Positions 17,913 to 30,425 of a stretch of DNA of 64,000 nucleotides are shown here, piece after piece. The notes beneath the pieces are model-generated. The model had not been told where the DNA came from, ran no database searches, and worked only from the letters and a program-made list of their open reading frames with translations. Within the stretch, counting starts at the first letter, position 1. Each line of letters starts with the position of its first letter. Source of the stretch: Rhodospirillaceae bacterium (GTDB taxonomy: Bacteria; Pseudomonadota; Alphaproteobacteria; UBA6615); NCBI GenBank assembly GCA_018702955.1, contig JABJEK010000022.1:21789-85788 (forward strand), in the 5' to 3' direction. The translations under genes were made by a program, and so were the position numbers.

Positions 17913-19471
17913 CCGCGCCGGAACGGGCTCCAGAGTGCGAGTGACAGGACCACCGCGATCAGGCCGACGAGCGCGAACACGAAGAACGTATCCTGAAATG
18001 CCCGCGCGGTCGCCTGCGCCGCGACCATGCGGCCGAGATACAGCGTCGCCAGCGGTCCCTCAATCGTGTCGGGGAAACCGGCCGCGGTGAGCATATCGCG
18101 CACACTGGCCAGCAGGCCCCCGGTCGCAGAGTTCGCCTCGGTCTGGGTGGACGCCAGTACCTCGCTATACACCGACGTACGCCGTTCGATGAAAATCGCC
18201 AGCAGGTTGATCCCGAACGCGCCGCCCATTTGCCGGGTGAAGTTGAGCATCCCGTTGGCCGTGCCCATTTGTTCGGGCGGGGCGGACTGCAGACCAACCG
18301 CGGTCACGGGCGGAAACAGCATGCCCTGGCCAATCCGGCCCAGCCCGACGATCGCGGCGAAGGTGATGAACGCGGTGTTGGGGTCGGAAAAGCCCATCAG
18401 CCAGAGCGAAACCGTGAACAGCAGGAAGCCGACCGCGAGAGGTATGTAGGGCGGCACCAGATCCGACGTGCGTCCGGCCAGCGGCAGCACGAGACCCATG
18501 ATCAGGCCGCCGGGTACCAGCACAAGGCCGGCGCGCAGGGGGGTGTAGTTCTGGACCAGCTGGACGAACACCGGCTGCAGGTAGAATGACCCGAACAGGG
18601 TCGCGCCGAATAGAAACGAGACCATGTTTGCGATGGCGAAACGTGGCCGCGCCAGCAGGCGGACATCGAAGATCGGATCGTCGACGAACAATTCCCAAGC
18701 GATGAACAGGATCGCCGATCCCAGCCCCATTCCCAAAGCCAGCATCACGAAGTTTGAGTTCCACCCCTTGAGCTGTCCGTTTGAAAGGCCGGTCAGTGTG
18801 GCGGTCAGAAAGGTTGCCACAAGCAGGAACCCGAACCAGTCGAGATGGGTGCGTGGGGCGTCGCGGTCGCGCGTCGAAAACACGACCGAGGCGAGCATCA
18901 TCGAACAGAAGGCGACGGGCAGGGCCACATAGAAGGTGAACCGCCAGTCGAACTGGTCGATAGCAACACCGCCGAACCACGGGCCGAGACCGGGGCCGAG
19001 CACGAAGCTGATTCCAAACAGGCCCGCGACCATGGCGCGACGGTTTGGCGGGAAAACCGCGAACATCGCCATCATCGTGAGTGGCAGGATGGCCCCGGCC
19101 GCAAGGCCCTGCGCGGCGCGGCCGAGCACGACAACCAGATAGGTTTGCGCGGTGCCGCCGGCGACGGATGCCGCGAAGAACATCAGCATCATCGCCACAA
19201 AGACGTGACGCGAGCCGAAGGTTCGGGTCAGCCAGTCGCTGAGCAACATGCCCGCGGTCATGGCCGCAAAAAACGCGGTGGCCATCCATTGCGCCTGATC
19301 CTGGCCAACCCCGAATGCACCCATGATGTCGGGCACGGCCACATTGGTGATGGTGCCTGAAAGTGCGAGCGCGAGGGACGAAGAGAGGCTGGTGGCGACG
19401 ACCAGCCAGCGCTGGGCGAAGCTGACCGCTGGCGACTGTGCGGCGGCCGCGGGCATGGCGGCGTCGGTCAC
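17909..19471 (-). CDS. DHA2 (EmrB/QacA-type) MFS efflux transporter
   Basis: TITNVAVPDI, GRAAQG, GPGLGPWFGG, WRFTFY, D.FG, N..RQMGGAFG; multiple TM segments. Confidence 0.9.
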   Translation of the reverse strand: MTDAAMPAAAAQSPAVSFAQRWLVVATSLSSSLALALSGTITNVAVPDIMGAFGVGQDQAQWMATAFFAAMTAGMLLSDWLTRTFGSRHVFVAMMLMFFAASVAGGTAQTYLVVVLGRAAQGLAAGAILPLTMMAMFAVFPPNRRAMVAGLFGISFVLGPGLGPWFGGVAIDQFDWRFTFYVALPVAFCSMMLASVVFSTRDRDAPRTHLDWFGFLLVATFLTATLTGLSNGQLKGWNSNFVMLALGMGLGSAILFIAWELFVDDPIFDVRLLARPRFAIANMVSFLFGATLFGSFYLQPVFVQLVQNYTPLRAGLVLVPGGLIMGLVLPLAGRTSDLVPPYIPLAVGFLLFTVSLWLMGFSDPNTAFITFAAIVGLGRIGQGMLFPPVTAVGLQSAPPEQMGTANGMLNFTRQMGGAFGINLLAIFIERRTSVYSEVLASTQTEANSATGGLLASVRDMLTAAGFPDTIEGPLATLYLGRMVAAQATARAFQDTFFVFALVGLIAVVLSLALWSPFRRG

Positions 19472-20622
19472 CGTCCGGGAATCGCGATGTTCACCACGGC
19501 CATCATGCCCGGGCGCAGCACGCCCTGGGTTTCTTCGATGGCGATGCGCACCGGCAGGCGCTGGGTCACCTTGGTGAAGTTGCCGCTGGGGTTCGGGTTC
19601 GGGAGCAATGCGAATTCACTCGTCGCGGCCTGGCCGATGCGCGCGACGGTGCCGCTGAACTGCCGGTCGGGGAAGGCGTCAATCTTGACGTCGACGGCCA
19701 TGCCCGGCGCGAGGTGGCGGATATCCGTTTCCTTGATGTTCGCCTCGACCCAGACAAGGTCGGGATTGTGGACCAGCATCAGGCGCTGTCCGGGGCTTAC
19801 GAATTCGCCGCGGTCGATGAAGGTCTCCGAAACCACACCGTCGATCGGGCTTTTGATGGTTCGGTCGGCGGCGTCGAGCGCCTGCTGTTCTCGCTGCGCC
19901 GCGATCTCGGCTTCCTGGTGACGCAGTGCGTCCATCCGGCTGGCGAGCACATTCATTTCACCGCGCTCGGCCTCTGCCTCGCCGACATCGGCCAGGGCGG
20001 CGGCCAGATCGGCTTGCGCCTTCTGATGGCGTTCCTGGGCCCGGCTCAATGCCGTGTGGACCTGATCGAGACGTTGGCGCGATACAATCTGTTCGGCCAG
20101 CAAGGTACGGGTTCGCTCGAAGTCGGTGCGCGCAAACTCGAATTGTTCGCGGCTGGCCACGACCGCGACCCGCGCGGCGTCGGCCCGGGACCGCACGGCT
20201 TCCACCCGGCTGGTCGTGGTGCGGTCGATCAGGTCGATTTGTGACGTAATTTGTTGCCGCGCCGCTGCCAGGGCAGCGATGCGCGCGCCATACTCGGTCA
20301 GCTTGAGTTGGGATGTCCGGGAATCGATCTCGACCAGCAGCTCCCCGCGTTTGACCTTGTCCCCTTCGATGATTGGCAAGTCGACGACCCAACCCGACAC
20401 GCGGCTGGAGATCGCGATCGTGTCGGCCTGGATGCGGGCATCGGTTTCACTGACATGGGCCCACTGCCAATAGCCCCATCGACCCGCACCAACGACGGCG
20501 GCGAGAACGATGGCGAGGATGACCAGCTTGCGGATAATCGGGCCGACCCGCCTTGGTGACGGGGACGGGATCTCCGTTCCACTCTCATTCAATGACTGCT
20601 GTGTGCGGCCTTCGTCGGGCAT
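19468..20622 (-). CDS. EmrA/HlyD-type membrane fusion protein
   Basis: N-terminal TM, coiled coil, WVEANIKET, FALLP..N.SGNFTKVTQRLPVRI. Confidence 0.92.
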   Translation of the reverse strand: MPDEGRTQQSLNESGTEIPSPSPRRVGPIIRKLVILAIVLAAVVGAGRWGYWQWAHVSETDARIQADTIAISSRVSGWVVDLPIIEGDKVKRGELLVEIDSRTSQLKLTEYGARIAALAAARQQITSQIDLIDRTTTSRVEAVRSRADAARVAVVASREQFEFARTDFERTRTLLAEQIVSRQRLDQVHTALSRAQERHQKAQADLAAALADVGEAEAERGEMNVLASRMDALRHQEAEIAAQREQQALDAADRTIKSPIDGVVSETFIDRGEFVSPGQRLMLVHNPDLVWVEANIKETDIRHLAPGMAVDVKIDAFPDRQFSGTVARIGQAATSEFALLPNPNPSGNFTKVTQRLPVRIAIEETQGVLRPGMMAVVNIAIPGR

Positions 20623-20769
20623 GCCGTCTCCGAACAGGTCGCCGAACCCTGTCGGGAATGGCGGTCAGGTGAACTGGATGTCTTGGTTATTGTGTATTGG
20701 ATCGGAATACGAAACAAATAAGTATGCGAAAAGCGCATAGCTGTTGTGTGGGGCCAATTCGCCCGGCGA

Positions 20770-22203
20770 TTAGACCGCCGTGCCGCCGACGGTGAGAGAT
20801 TCCAGGAACATCGTTGGCTGTCCGACACCGACGGGGACCGACTGGCCGTCCTTGCCGCAGGTGCCGACGCCGTCGTCCAGGCGCGAATCATTGCCGATCA
20901 GTTTCACACGGGTCAGCGCGTCGGGGCCGTTGCCGATCAGGGTCGCTCCCTTGACCGGCGCGCCGAGCTTGCCGTTTTCGATCATGTAAGCCTCGGTGCA
21001 GCTGAACACGAACTTGCCGTTGGTGATGTCGACCTGGCCGCCGCCGAAATTCACGGCATAGATTCCGGTTTTCGCCGCCTTGATGCATTCCTCGGGGTCG
21101 GCCTCGCCGTCGAGCATGTAGGTGTTGGTCATCCGGGGCATGGGACTGTGGGCAAAGGATTGGCGCCGCCCGTTGCCGGTCGCCTCCATGCCCATCAGCC
21201 GCGCGTTCATCCGGTCTTGCATGTAGTTCTTCAGGATGCCGTCCTCGATCAACACGTTATAGGCGCTGGGCGTGCCTTCATCATCGATGGTGATCGAGCC
21301 GCGCTTGTCCGCGAGCGTGCCGTCATCGACCACGGTGACGCCGGGTGCCGCGACCCGTTCGCCGAGCAGGGATGAGAAGGCCGAGGTCTTCTTGCGGTTG
21401 AAGTCGCCTTCGAGGCCATGGCCGATGGCCTCGTGGAGCAACACGCCGGGCCAACCGGGGCCGAGGACGACCGGCATCTCGCCGGCCGGTGCGGGTACGG
21501 AATCCAGATTTACCAGGGCCTGACGCAGGGCCTCATCGACCTGCGAATGCCAGTTTTCCGGGGAAATCCACTGATCGTAGATGGCCCGGCCGCCGACGCC
21601 GTGGGAGCCGGTTTCCTGACGGTCGCCGTCGCCGACCATGAGCGAGACATTGAGGCGCACGAGGGGGCGGATGTCGGCGCGCCGGTCACCGCCGGCCCGC
21701 ACGATCTGCACGGCCTGCCAGCTTCCCGACAGGGAGGCGGTCACCTGCCGCACGCGGGGGTCGCTCCCGCGCGCATAGGTGTCGATCTCCGACAGGAGAG
21801 CGACCTTGTCCTCGAACGCCATCTCGCCCAGCGGGTTGGTGTCGGTGTAGAGGTCGCGGTTGGTGCCGGCGGGTGAATCCGCAACCGTTCCGCCGCGGCC
21901 GGTTCGCACGGCACGCACCGTATCGCCGGCACGCGTGATGGCGGCTTCGCTCATCTCCGTCGAATGGGCATATCCGGTTGCCTCACCGGAGACGGCACGC
22001 AGGCCGAAACCCTGGGAGGTATCGAAATTGGCGTTGCGCACGCGCCCGTCGTCAAAGGTGATGCTCTCGGATTGATTATATTCGAGAAACAGCTCGCCAT
22101 CGTCGGCGCCGTCGAGTGCTGAATCGACCCGCGCAACGACCCGTTCAGGGTCCATGCCGGTTTGCGCGTAGAAAATGTCGTCGGTGCGGGCAATGTCGGT
22201 CAT
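20770..22203 (-). CDS. tldD: Metalloprotease TldD
   Basis: GWPGVLLHEAIGHGLEGDFNRK (HExxxH), PRMTNT, CGKDGQSVPVGVGQP. Start MTDIART at 22203. Confidence 0.97.
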   Translation of the reverse strand: MTDIARTDDIFYAQTGMDPERVVARVDSALDGADDGELFLEYNQSESITFDDGRVRNANFDTSQGFGLRAVSGEATGYAHSTEMSEAAITRAGDTVRAVRTGRGGTVADSPAGTNRDLYTDTNPLGEMAFEDKVALLSEIDTYARGSDPRVRQVTASLSGSWQAVQIVRAGGDRRADIRPLVRLNVSLMVGDGDRQETGSHGVGGRAIYDQWISPENWHSQVDEALRQALVNLDSVPAPAGEMPVVLGPGWPGVLLHEAIGHGLEGDFNRKKTSAFSSLLGERVAAPGVTVVDDGTLADKRGSITIDDEGTPSAYNVLIEDGILKNYMQDRMNARLMGMEATGNGRRQSFAHSPMPRMTNTYMLDGEADPEECIKAAKTGIYAVNFGGGQVDITNGKFVFSCTEAYMIENGKLGAPVKGATLIGNGPDALTRVKLIGNDSRLDDGVGTCGKDGQSVPVGVGQPTMFLESLTVGGTAV

Positions 22204-22537
22204 GGGGCGATGTTCGCTTGAGGTTGGGATGAGAATGTCGTCCCAACAATATGGGACATGGATCACGATTGTCAGCCTTGGCCGCTCAACAATCGGTGGG
22301 GTCGAAAATTTTGTTTTGTCGCCGCACCTGACCAGATGGCTGTTTAACGCCGAATTGTTTGTACAATCAGGGATTTGCGGCGCTGCGACAAGGTGTCTCA
22401 AGGCCGAAAATCGCATCGGCTGTGACTTGTTGAGGGCGATGCGCTGGTATATTTTTCGGCCCGTCCAATGGGCTATAGGGGGTTATCCGCCTTGCGATGT
22501 GATTCGCGGGCGCGGGCGACCAGATGGAAGCGAGCGA

Positions 22538-25077
<2,540 letters not shown>

Positions 25078-25115
25078 GCGGTTGCGGGTTCGATTGACGA
25101 ACACGGAGTTGAGCA

Positions 25116-26048
25116 TTGGCTGATGCCGCGTATCTGAACCAGGCAAACGAGACCGCGCTACCTGTAGCGTCGGGCTCGCATGTCTCGGATTTCGTCGCGT
25201 TGCTGAAGCCGCGTGTGATGACGCTCGTGGTATTTTCCGGTGCCGTCGGATTGTTCATTGCGCCGGGTGCCTTGCATCCCTTGCTCGCGGTTGTGGCGAT
25301 CCTGTGTATCGCCGTTGGCTCGGGCGCGGCCGGCGCCATCAACATGTGGTACGAGCGCGATATCGATGCGCTGATGTCACGCACGGCGAACCGGCCCCTG
25401 CCCGCCGGACGCGTGGCACCCGGTGACGCGCTTGGGTTCGCGACAGTGCTGGCCGTGTTCTCGGTCGTACTCATGGGTTTCACGACCAACTGGGCCGCGG
25501 CGAGCCTGCTGGCCCTGGCGATCCTGTTCTATGTCTTTGTCTATACGGTTTGGCTCAAGCGCCGGACGCCGCAGAATATTGTTATCGGTGGTGCCGCCGG
25601 CGCTTTCCCGCCGGTGATCGGCTGGGCGGCCGTGACCGGCGATATCAGCCTGGTTTCATTGAGCCTGTTCGCCATTATCTTCCTTTGGACACCACCCCAT
25701 TTCTGGGCGCTGGCGCTTTATCGCAGCGGTGATTATGCGCGCGCCGGTGTGCCGATGATGCCGGTGGTTGCGGGCCGTCAGTCGACCAAGCGCCAGATGC
25801 TGGCCTACACCCTGTTGCTGGTGCCGGCAAGCCTGGTGCCGTTCGCACTCGGCGCGGCGGGTCTTCTCTACGCGATTGGCGTTGCGGCCCTCGGTGTTGC
25901 CTTTATCGCCAGCGCGTGGCGGGTGCTGCGCGAGCCGGATGCGGCTGAAGACAAACGTGCGCGCCAGATGTTCGGGTTTTCGATTCTTTATCTGTTCCTG
26001 GTGTTCGCGCTTTTGCTTGCGGATTCACTGCTCGGACTGGCGGGTTAG
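25116..26048 (+). CDS. ctaB: Protoheme IX farnesyltransferase
   Basis: [41 protein letters not shown]. Confidence 0.96.
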   Translation: MADAAYLNQANETALPVASGSHVSDFVALLKPRVMTLVVFSGAVGLFIAPGALHPLLAVVAILCIAVGSGAAGAINMWYERDIDALMSRTANRPLPAGRVAPGDALGFATVLAVFSVVLMGFTTNWAAASLLALAILFYVFVYTVWLKRRTPQNIVIGGAAGAFPPVIGWAAVTGDISLVSLSLFAIIFLWTPPHFWALALYRSGDYARAGVPMMPVVAGRQSTKRQMLAYTLLLVPASLVPFALGAAGLLYAIGVAALGVAFIASAWRVLREPDAAEDKRARQMFGFSILYLFLVFALLLADSLLGLAG

Positions 26049-26055
26049 ACGGATT

Positions 26056-26187
26056 ATGGCGAAACGCGAATACAGCGAACGGCACCGGCAACAGCGCGGT
26101 AAAAACTACGCGATGTTGGGTGTCATCGGCGGCCTGATCGTCATCTTCTATCTCGTGTTTATTGCACGCGCGGGGTTGCTGGGATGA
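26056..26187 (+). CDS. Small (43 aa) single-TM protein in the cox operon (CoxF-like position)
   Basis: MAKREYSERHRQQRGKNYAMLGVIGGLIVIFYLVFIARAGLLG; fills the ctaB-ctaG gap and overlaps the ctaG start (ATGA). Confidence 0.75.
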   Translation: MAKREYSERHRQQRGKNYAMLGVIGGLIVIFYLVFIARAGLLG

Positions 26188-26801
26188 GCATGGCCGAAAA
26201 CCGGACACATCGGCGTCGCCGCAATCGTTATGTATTTGCAGGGCTTATCGTGATGGTCGTGGGCATGAACGGATTTGCCTATGCAACCGTCCCGGCCTAT
26301 CGGGCATTCTGTCAGAAGTTCGGTTTCGCCGGTATTCCGCTGGTCGAGGCCAGCGCGCCTCAGACGGAAGAGATTTTAACTGATCGGCCCATCACCGTCC
26401 GCTTCAACAGCGATATCGAGCCCGCACTCGACTGGCACTTTAAGCCGGTGCAGCGCACGATCGATTTGCATGTTGGCGAATCTGGCCTGGCATTTTTCGA
26501 GGCCTCAAACCGGCACCATGAAGCCGTGACCGGTACTGCGACCTTCAATGTCACCCCGCTGAAGGCGGCGCCATATTTCGTGAAGATCGAATGTTTCTGC
26601 TTCACCGAGCAGACCCTCTCGGCGGGCGAGACGGCCCAGATGCCGGTGACGTTCTTCGTCGATCCCGCCATTGCGGAAGACCAGAACCTCGATGATGTGA
26701 CCGAAATTACCCTGAGTTACACTTTTTTCCGCGATCGTGACGCCGATGCAGAGCGCAAGGCAGCGGCGTTGCAGAAGACCGAAAACACACGAGTGAACTG
26801 A
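26184..26801 (+). CDS. ctaG: Cytochrome c oxidase assembly protein CtaG/Cox11
   Basis: VPAYRAFCQ, YFVKIECFCFTEQ, MPVTFFVDP, ITLSYTFF. Confidence 0.96.
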   Translation: MSMAENRTHRRRRNRYVFAGLIVMVVGMNGFAYATVPAYRAFCQKFGFAGIPLVEASAPQTEEILTDRPITVRFNSDIEPALDWHFKPVQRTIDLHVGESGLAFFEASNRHHEAVTGTATFNVTPLKAAPYFVKIECFCFTEQTLSAGETAQMPVTFFVDPAIAEDQNLDDVTEITLSYTFFRDRDADAERKAAALQKTENTRVN

Positions 26802-26855
26802 TACCTGTTCCAAAGTCCGGGCCAAAAATATCCGGCGCAATAGTGAGACAAGCAC

Positions 26856-27710
26856 ATGAGTGATCACGCACACGACGAATCACACGGCAACCACCCCTAT
26901 CACATGGTTGAGCCGAGCCATTGGCCGATCGTCGGGTCGATCGCCGGCTTGCTGCTGGCCTTTGGTCTGGTGATGGCGATGCACCCCGAGGCATTCGGCA
27001 CGGGACTGCAGCCGTTCCTTGAGACCATCGGATACTGGACCGTTGCACCGGGCCTCGTTCTGGCCATGATGACGATGATGGGCTGGTGGCGTGACGTCAT
27101 CGACGAGGCGCATGTGCAGAAGATGCACACCAAGGTTGTACAGCTCAGCCTGCGCTACGGCATGATGCTGTTCATCATCTCCGAGGTGATGTTCTTCGCG
27201 GCCTGGTTCTGGGCATTCTTCGGTGCCGCCCTGTTCCCGAACGAGGCGATCGGCACGGTTTGGCCGCCGGACGGCGTGGAGGTCTTCAACCCGTTCGACC
27301 TGCCGTTACTGAACACGCTGATCCTGCTCACGTCGGGCTTCACGGTCACCTGGGCGCATCATGATATCCGCGAAGGCAACATGTCCCACGCGGCCAAGAT
27401 GCTGGGCTGGACCGTTGTACTGGGCATGCTTTTCACGGCAGCGCAGATTTTTGAGTATGCCCACGCGCCGTTCGGGTTCAGCGACGGGATTTACTCCTCG
27501 ACCTTCTTCATGGCGACCGGTTTCCACGGTTTCCACGTGATCGTCGGAACGGTGTTCCTGGCCGTTTGCTGGTGGCGCACCGCGAAGGGTCAATTCACGA
27601 AGGACCATCACTTTGGCTTCGAGGCGGCGGCCTGGTACTGGCATTTCGTCGATGTCGTGTGGCTCTTCCTGTTCTCGTTCGTGTATGTCTGGAGCACCTT
27701 CGGCGCCTGA
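26856..27710 (+). CDS. coxC: Cytochrome c oxidase subunit III
   Basis: HPYHMVEPS.WP, FIISEVMFF, LNTLILLTSG, ATGFHGFHV, AAWYWHFVDVVW. Confidence 0.98.
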   Translation: MSDHAHDESHGNHPYHMVEPSHWPIVGSIAGLLLAFGLVMAMHPEAFGTGLQPFLETIGYWTVAPGLVLAMMTMMGWWRDVIDEAHVQKMHTKVVQLSLRYGMMLFIISEVMFFAAWFWAFFGAALFPNEAIGTVWPPDGVEVFNPFDLPLLNTLILLTSGFTVTWAHHDIREGNMSHAAKMLGWTVVLGMLFTAAQIFEYAHAPFGFSDGIYSSTFFMATGFHGFHVIVGTVFLAVCWWRTAKGQFTKDHHFGFEAAAWYWHFVDVVWLFLFSFVYVWSTFGA

Positions 27711-27735
27711 TGGGGCACAAGATCGGACAGACGGC

Positions 27736-28107
27736 TTGACCGAGTATTATCCGAGGCAATCCAGCCTGAAGACCGGCCTTCGCTGCGCCTGTCCGCGTTG
27801 CGGGCAGGGAAAGCTCTATGTCGGATTGCTGACGGTCCGCGATCGCTGTTCGGTGTGCGACTTCGACTATGGCCGGTTGAACACGGATGATGGTCCGGCG
27901 TTCTTTATTATCGTGTTGTACAGCGCGTTGATCCTCCCGCTGGCCGCCTGGTTCCAGTTTGCCGTCGAGCCGCCGATCTGGGTTCATTTTCTGATATGGA
28001 TTCCGGTGATTATCGTGGGGGCGATCGCGCTGATGCGCCCGTTCAAGGCCTGGCTTGTGGCGCAGCAGTTCAAGCATGATGTGGATGACGCGGATATCAC
28101 GCGCTGA
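27736..28107 (+). CDS. DUF983 family membrane protein
   Basis: CPRCGQGKLY...CSVC..D....DDGPA followed by two TM segments; probable TTG start. Confidence 0.85.
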   Translation: MTEYYPRQSSLKTGLRCACPRCGQGKLYVGLLTVRDRCSVCDFDYGRLNTDDGPAFFIIVLYSALILPLAAWFQFAVEPPIWVHFLIWIPVIIVGAIALMRPFKAWLVAQQFKHDVDDADITR

Positions 28108-28135
28108 TCCGGGGCGTCATACGCCCGGCTGAAAG

Positions 28136-28849
28136 ATGAAGATGCGCTTCCAACCGACATTCTGGGCGACCGCCCTGGCGTTGCCCGTCCTGATTGTCCT
28201 GATCGTGCTCGGCACCTGGCAGGTGCAGCGGCTGCAATGGAAGAACGAGTTGATTGAGACCCGTGCTGCGCGCGTCGGGGACGCACCGGTCGAGATCACG
28301 GAAGCACTGGCTGGTGCCGATGATTTGGCTGATATCGAATACCGGCCGGTTACCGTGTCGGGGCGCCTGCGCAATGATCGTGCGATGATACTGCTCAACC
28401 GTGTACACGATAGCCGTGTCGGTGGTCACCTGATTGCGCCGCTCGAGCTTGCCAGCGGGCTTGGCACGGTGATGATCGATCGGGGCTGGATGTCCCTGCC
28501 GGAGTTGCGGGCGTATACGGCAGTCGAAGGTGAACCCGTCACGCTCGATGGATTCGTTCGCACGTACACCGTACCGGGGTATTTCGTGCCCGAGAACGAA
28601 CCGGGTGGGAATAACTGGTTCTTCATGCATGAGGACGAGATGCTGGCGGCGGCAAATTTGTCCGGGCCAGTCGGTTTCTATGTTCAGGCAGGCCCGAATG
28701 CGACGCCGCCAGGTGTCTATCCGGTAGGTTCGGTGCCCGACGTGAAGTTGCGGAACTCTCATCTCGAATACGCCGTGACCTGGTATGCGCTGGCGGCGGT
28801 GTTGGTGGTGATTTTCGTCATTTTCCATTGGAAGCGGAAAGAGACATGA
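28136..28849 (+). CDS. SURF1 family cytochrome oxidase assembly protein
   Basis: LGTWQVQRLQWK, DRGW, NSHLEYAVTWYALA. Confidence 0.95.
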   Translation: MKMRFQPTFWATALALPVLIVLIVLGTWQVQRLQWKNELIETRAARVGDAPVEITEALAGADDLADIEYRPVTVSGRLRNDRAMILLNRVHDSRVGGHLIAPLELASGLGTVMIDRGWMSLPELRAYTAVEGEPVTLDGFVRTYTVPGYFVPENEPGGNNWFFMHEDEMLAAANLSGPVGFYVQAGPNATPPGVYPVGSVPDVKLRNSHLEYAVTWYALAAVLVVIFVIFHWKRKET

Positions 28850-30357
28850 CTGGTAGCGCGGCGTACGCGAGTTTGCAGGAGACATTCCGCCGCGGCGCCT
28901 TGGTTGGTGATGCGCTGGGTATTCTCGGCTGGGATCAGGCAACGATCATGCCCGAGGGCAGCGCCGACGGGCGTGCGGAGCAGATCGCGACCCTGAGCGT
29001 CATGCGCCATGAGTTGGTCGTCAATCCGGAGGTTTCAGACGGGATCGCGCGGGCGAAACAGGATTTCGCAACGCAAGACACCGGCGACTGGGATCGGGGT
29101 AATCTGCGCGAGATGGAACGCGCCTATGCGCTGGCCGCCGCGCTGCCGGGTGATCTTGTTGAGGCGGCGGCGCGGGCCAACGCCGTGTGCGAACTCCAGT
29201 GGCGCGGTGCCCGTGCAGAGAATGACTACGCCAGCCTGCTGCCGACACTGCGCGAGGTGCTCAATCTGGTGCGACAGACAGCGGATGCGCGTGCCGAGGC
29301 ACTTTCCTTGGCGCCCTATGACGCGTTGCTGGAAGAATATGAGGCGGGCACACGGACGGACCGCCTCGACCCGCTGTTCGACCGGTTGGCGTCGTTCCTG
29401 CCCGAATTCCTGCCGCAGGTGCTGGAACGCCAGGACTCACAGCCGACACCCGTCCGGCCCGAAGGCCCGTTTGCGATTGCCGACCAGCGCGCCCTGGCTG
29501 CGGAACTCATGCAGGCGCTGGGCTTTGATTTCGATCGCGGCCGGCTGGATATCAGCCATCATCCTTTCTGTGGTGGCGCGACGGGCGATGTGCGGATTAC
29601 CACCCGGTACAATGAGGATGATTTCACCGAATCCCTGATGGGCGTCCTGCACGAGACGGGCCATGCGCTCTACGAGGGCGGGCTTCCGTCTGACTGGCAG
29701 TTCCAGCCCGTGGGCAACGCACTCGGGATGGCGGTTCACGAAAGCCAGTCCCTGTTGATCGAGATGCAGGTCAGCCGGTCACGGCCATTCCTGAACTACG
29801 CCTTGCCCCGCATGCAGTCTGCATTTACCGGTACCGGTGGGGCTTGGGATGTCGATAATATCTACCGGCTCTACACGCGCGTTGAGCCCGGGTTTATTCG
29901 GGTGGATGCCGACGAGGTGACGTATCCGCTGCACGTGATCCTGCGCTACCGGCTTGAGCGCGCGATGCTGTCCGGGGATCTCGATCTGGCCGACCTTCCC
30001 GGCGCATGGAATGACGCCATGGGCGATCTGCTGGGGATCACGCCGCCCGACGACAGGCTCGGCTGCCTGCAGGATGTTCACTGGCCCGCCGGTTCGTTTG
30101 GCTACTTCCCGACCTACACATTGGGGGCGATGGCGGCGGCTCAGTTCTACCGCGCCGCACGGCGCGACATGCCCGATCTCGAGGCGAATATCGCCACGGG
30201 CAATTTGGCCCCCCTCGTTTCCTGGTTGCGTACCCATGTGCATGGCCAGGGATCATGCCATACGGCGGACGAATTGCTGTCTCGCGCGACGGGCGAACCG
30301 TTGAATCCCGAGATCTTCCTCGAGCATCTGAAGGCGCGCTATCTGGGTAATTCCTGA
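28846..30357 (+). CDS. Carboxypeptidase Taq (M32 family)
   Basis: HPF, DVRITTRY, HETGHALYE (HExxH), HESQS, IRVDADE, GCLQDVHW, GYFPTY. Confidence 0.95.
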   Translation: MTGSAAYASLQETFRRGALVGDALGILGWDQATIMPEGSADGRAEQIATLSVMRHELVVNPEVSDGIARAKQDFATQDTGDWDRGNLREMERAYALAAALPGDLVEAAARANAVCELQWRGARAENDYASLLPTLREVLNLVRQTADARAEALSLAPYDALLEEYEAGTRTDRLDPLFDRLASFLPEFLPQVLERQDSQPTPVRPEGPFAIADQRALAAELMQALGFDFDRGRLDISHHPFCGGATGDVRITTRYNEDDFTESLMGVLHETGHALYEGGLPSDWQFQPVGNALGMAVHESQSLLIEMQVSRSRPFLNYALPRMQSAFTGTGGAWDVDNIYRLYTRVEPGFIRVDADEVTYPLHVILRYRLERAMLSGDLDLADLPGAWNDAMGDLLGITPPDDRLGCLQDVHWPAGSFGYFPTYTLGAMAAAQFYRAARRDMPDLEANIATGNLAPLVSWLRTHVHGQGSCHTADELLSRATGEPLNPEIFLEHLKARYLGNS

Positions 30358-30425
30358 GGCGTGTCGCCTTGTGTCCGCATATCGCGTTGGATAGGTTAGC
30401 CCGCTTTTCGTCGAAGGGACCGAAT

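Noticed and set aside
9600..22203. tldD + pmbA + small ORFs + exporter as a RiPP/microcin cluster
   Set aside because: No YcaO, cyclodehydratase or other modifying enzyme and no precursor-like peptide; the small ORFs are membrane proteins and tldD/pmbA are core genes.
22204..22537. FNR/FixK box upstream of coxB
   Set aside because: No TTGAT-N4-ATCAA match seen.
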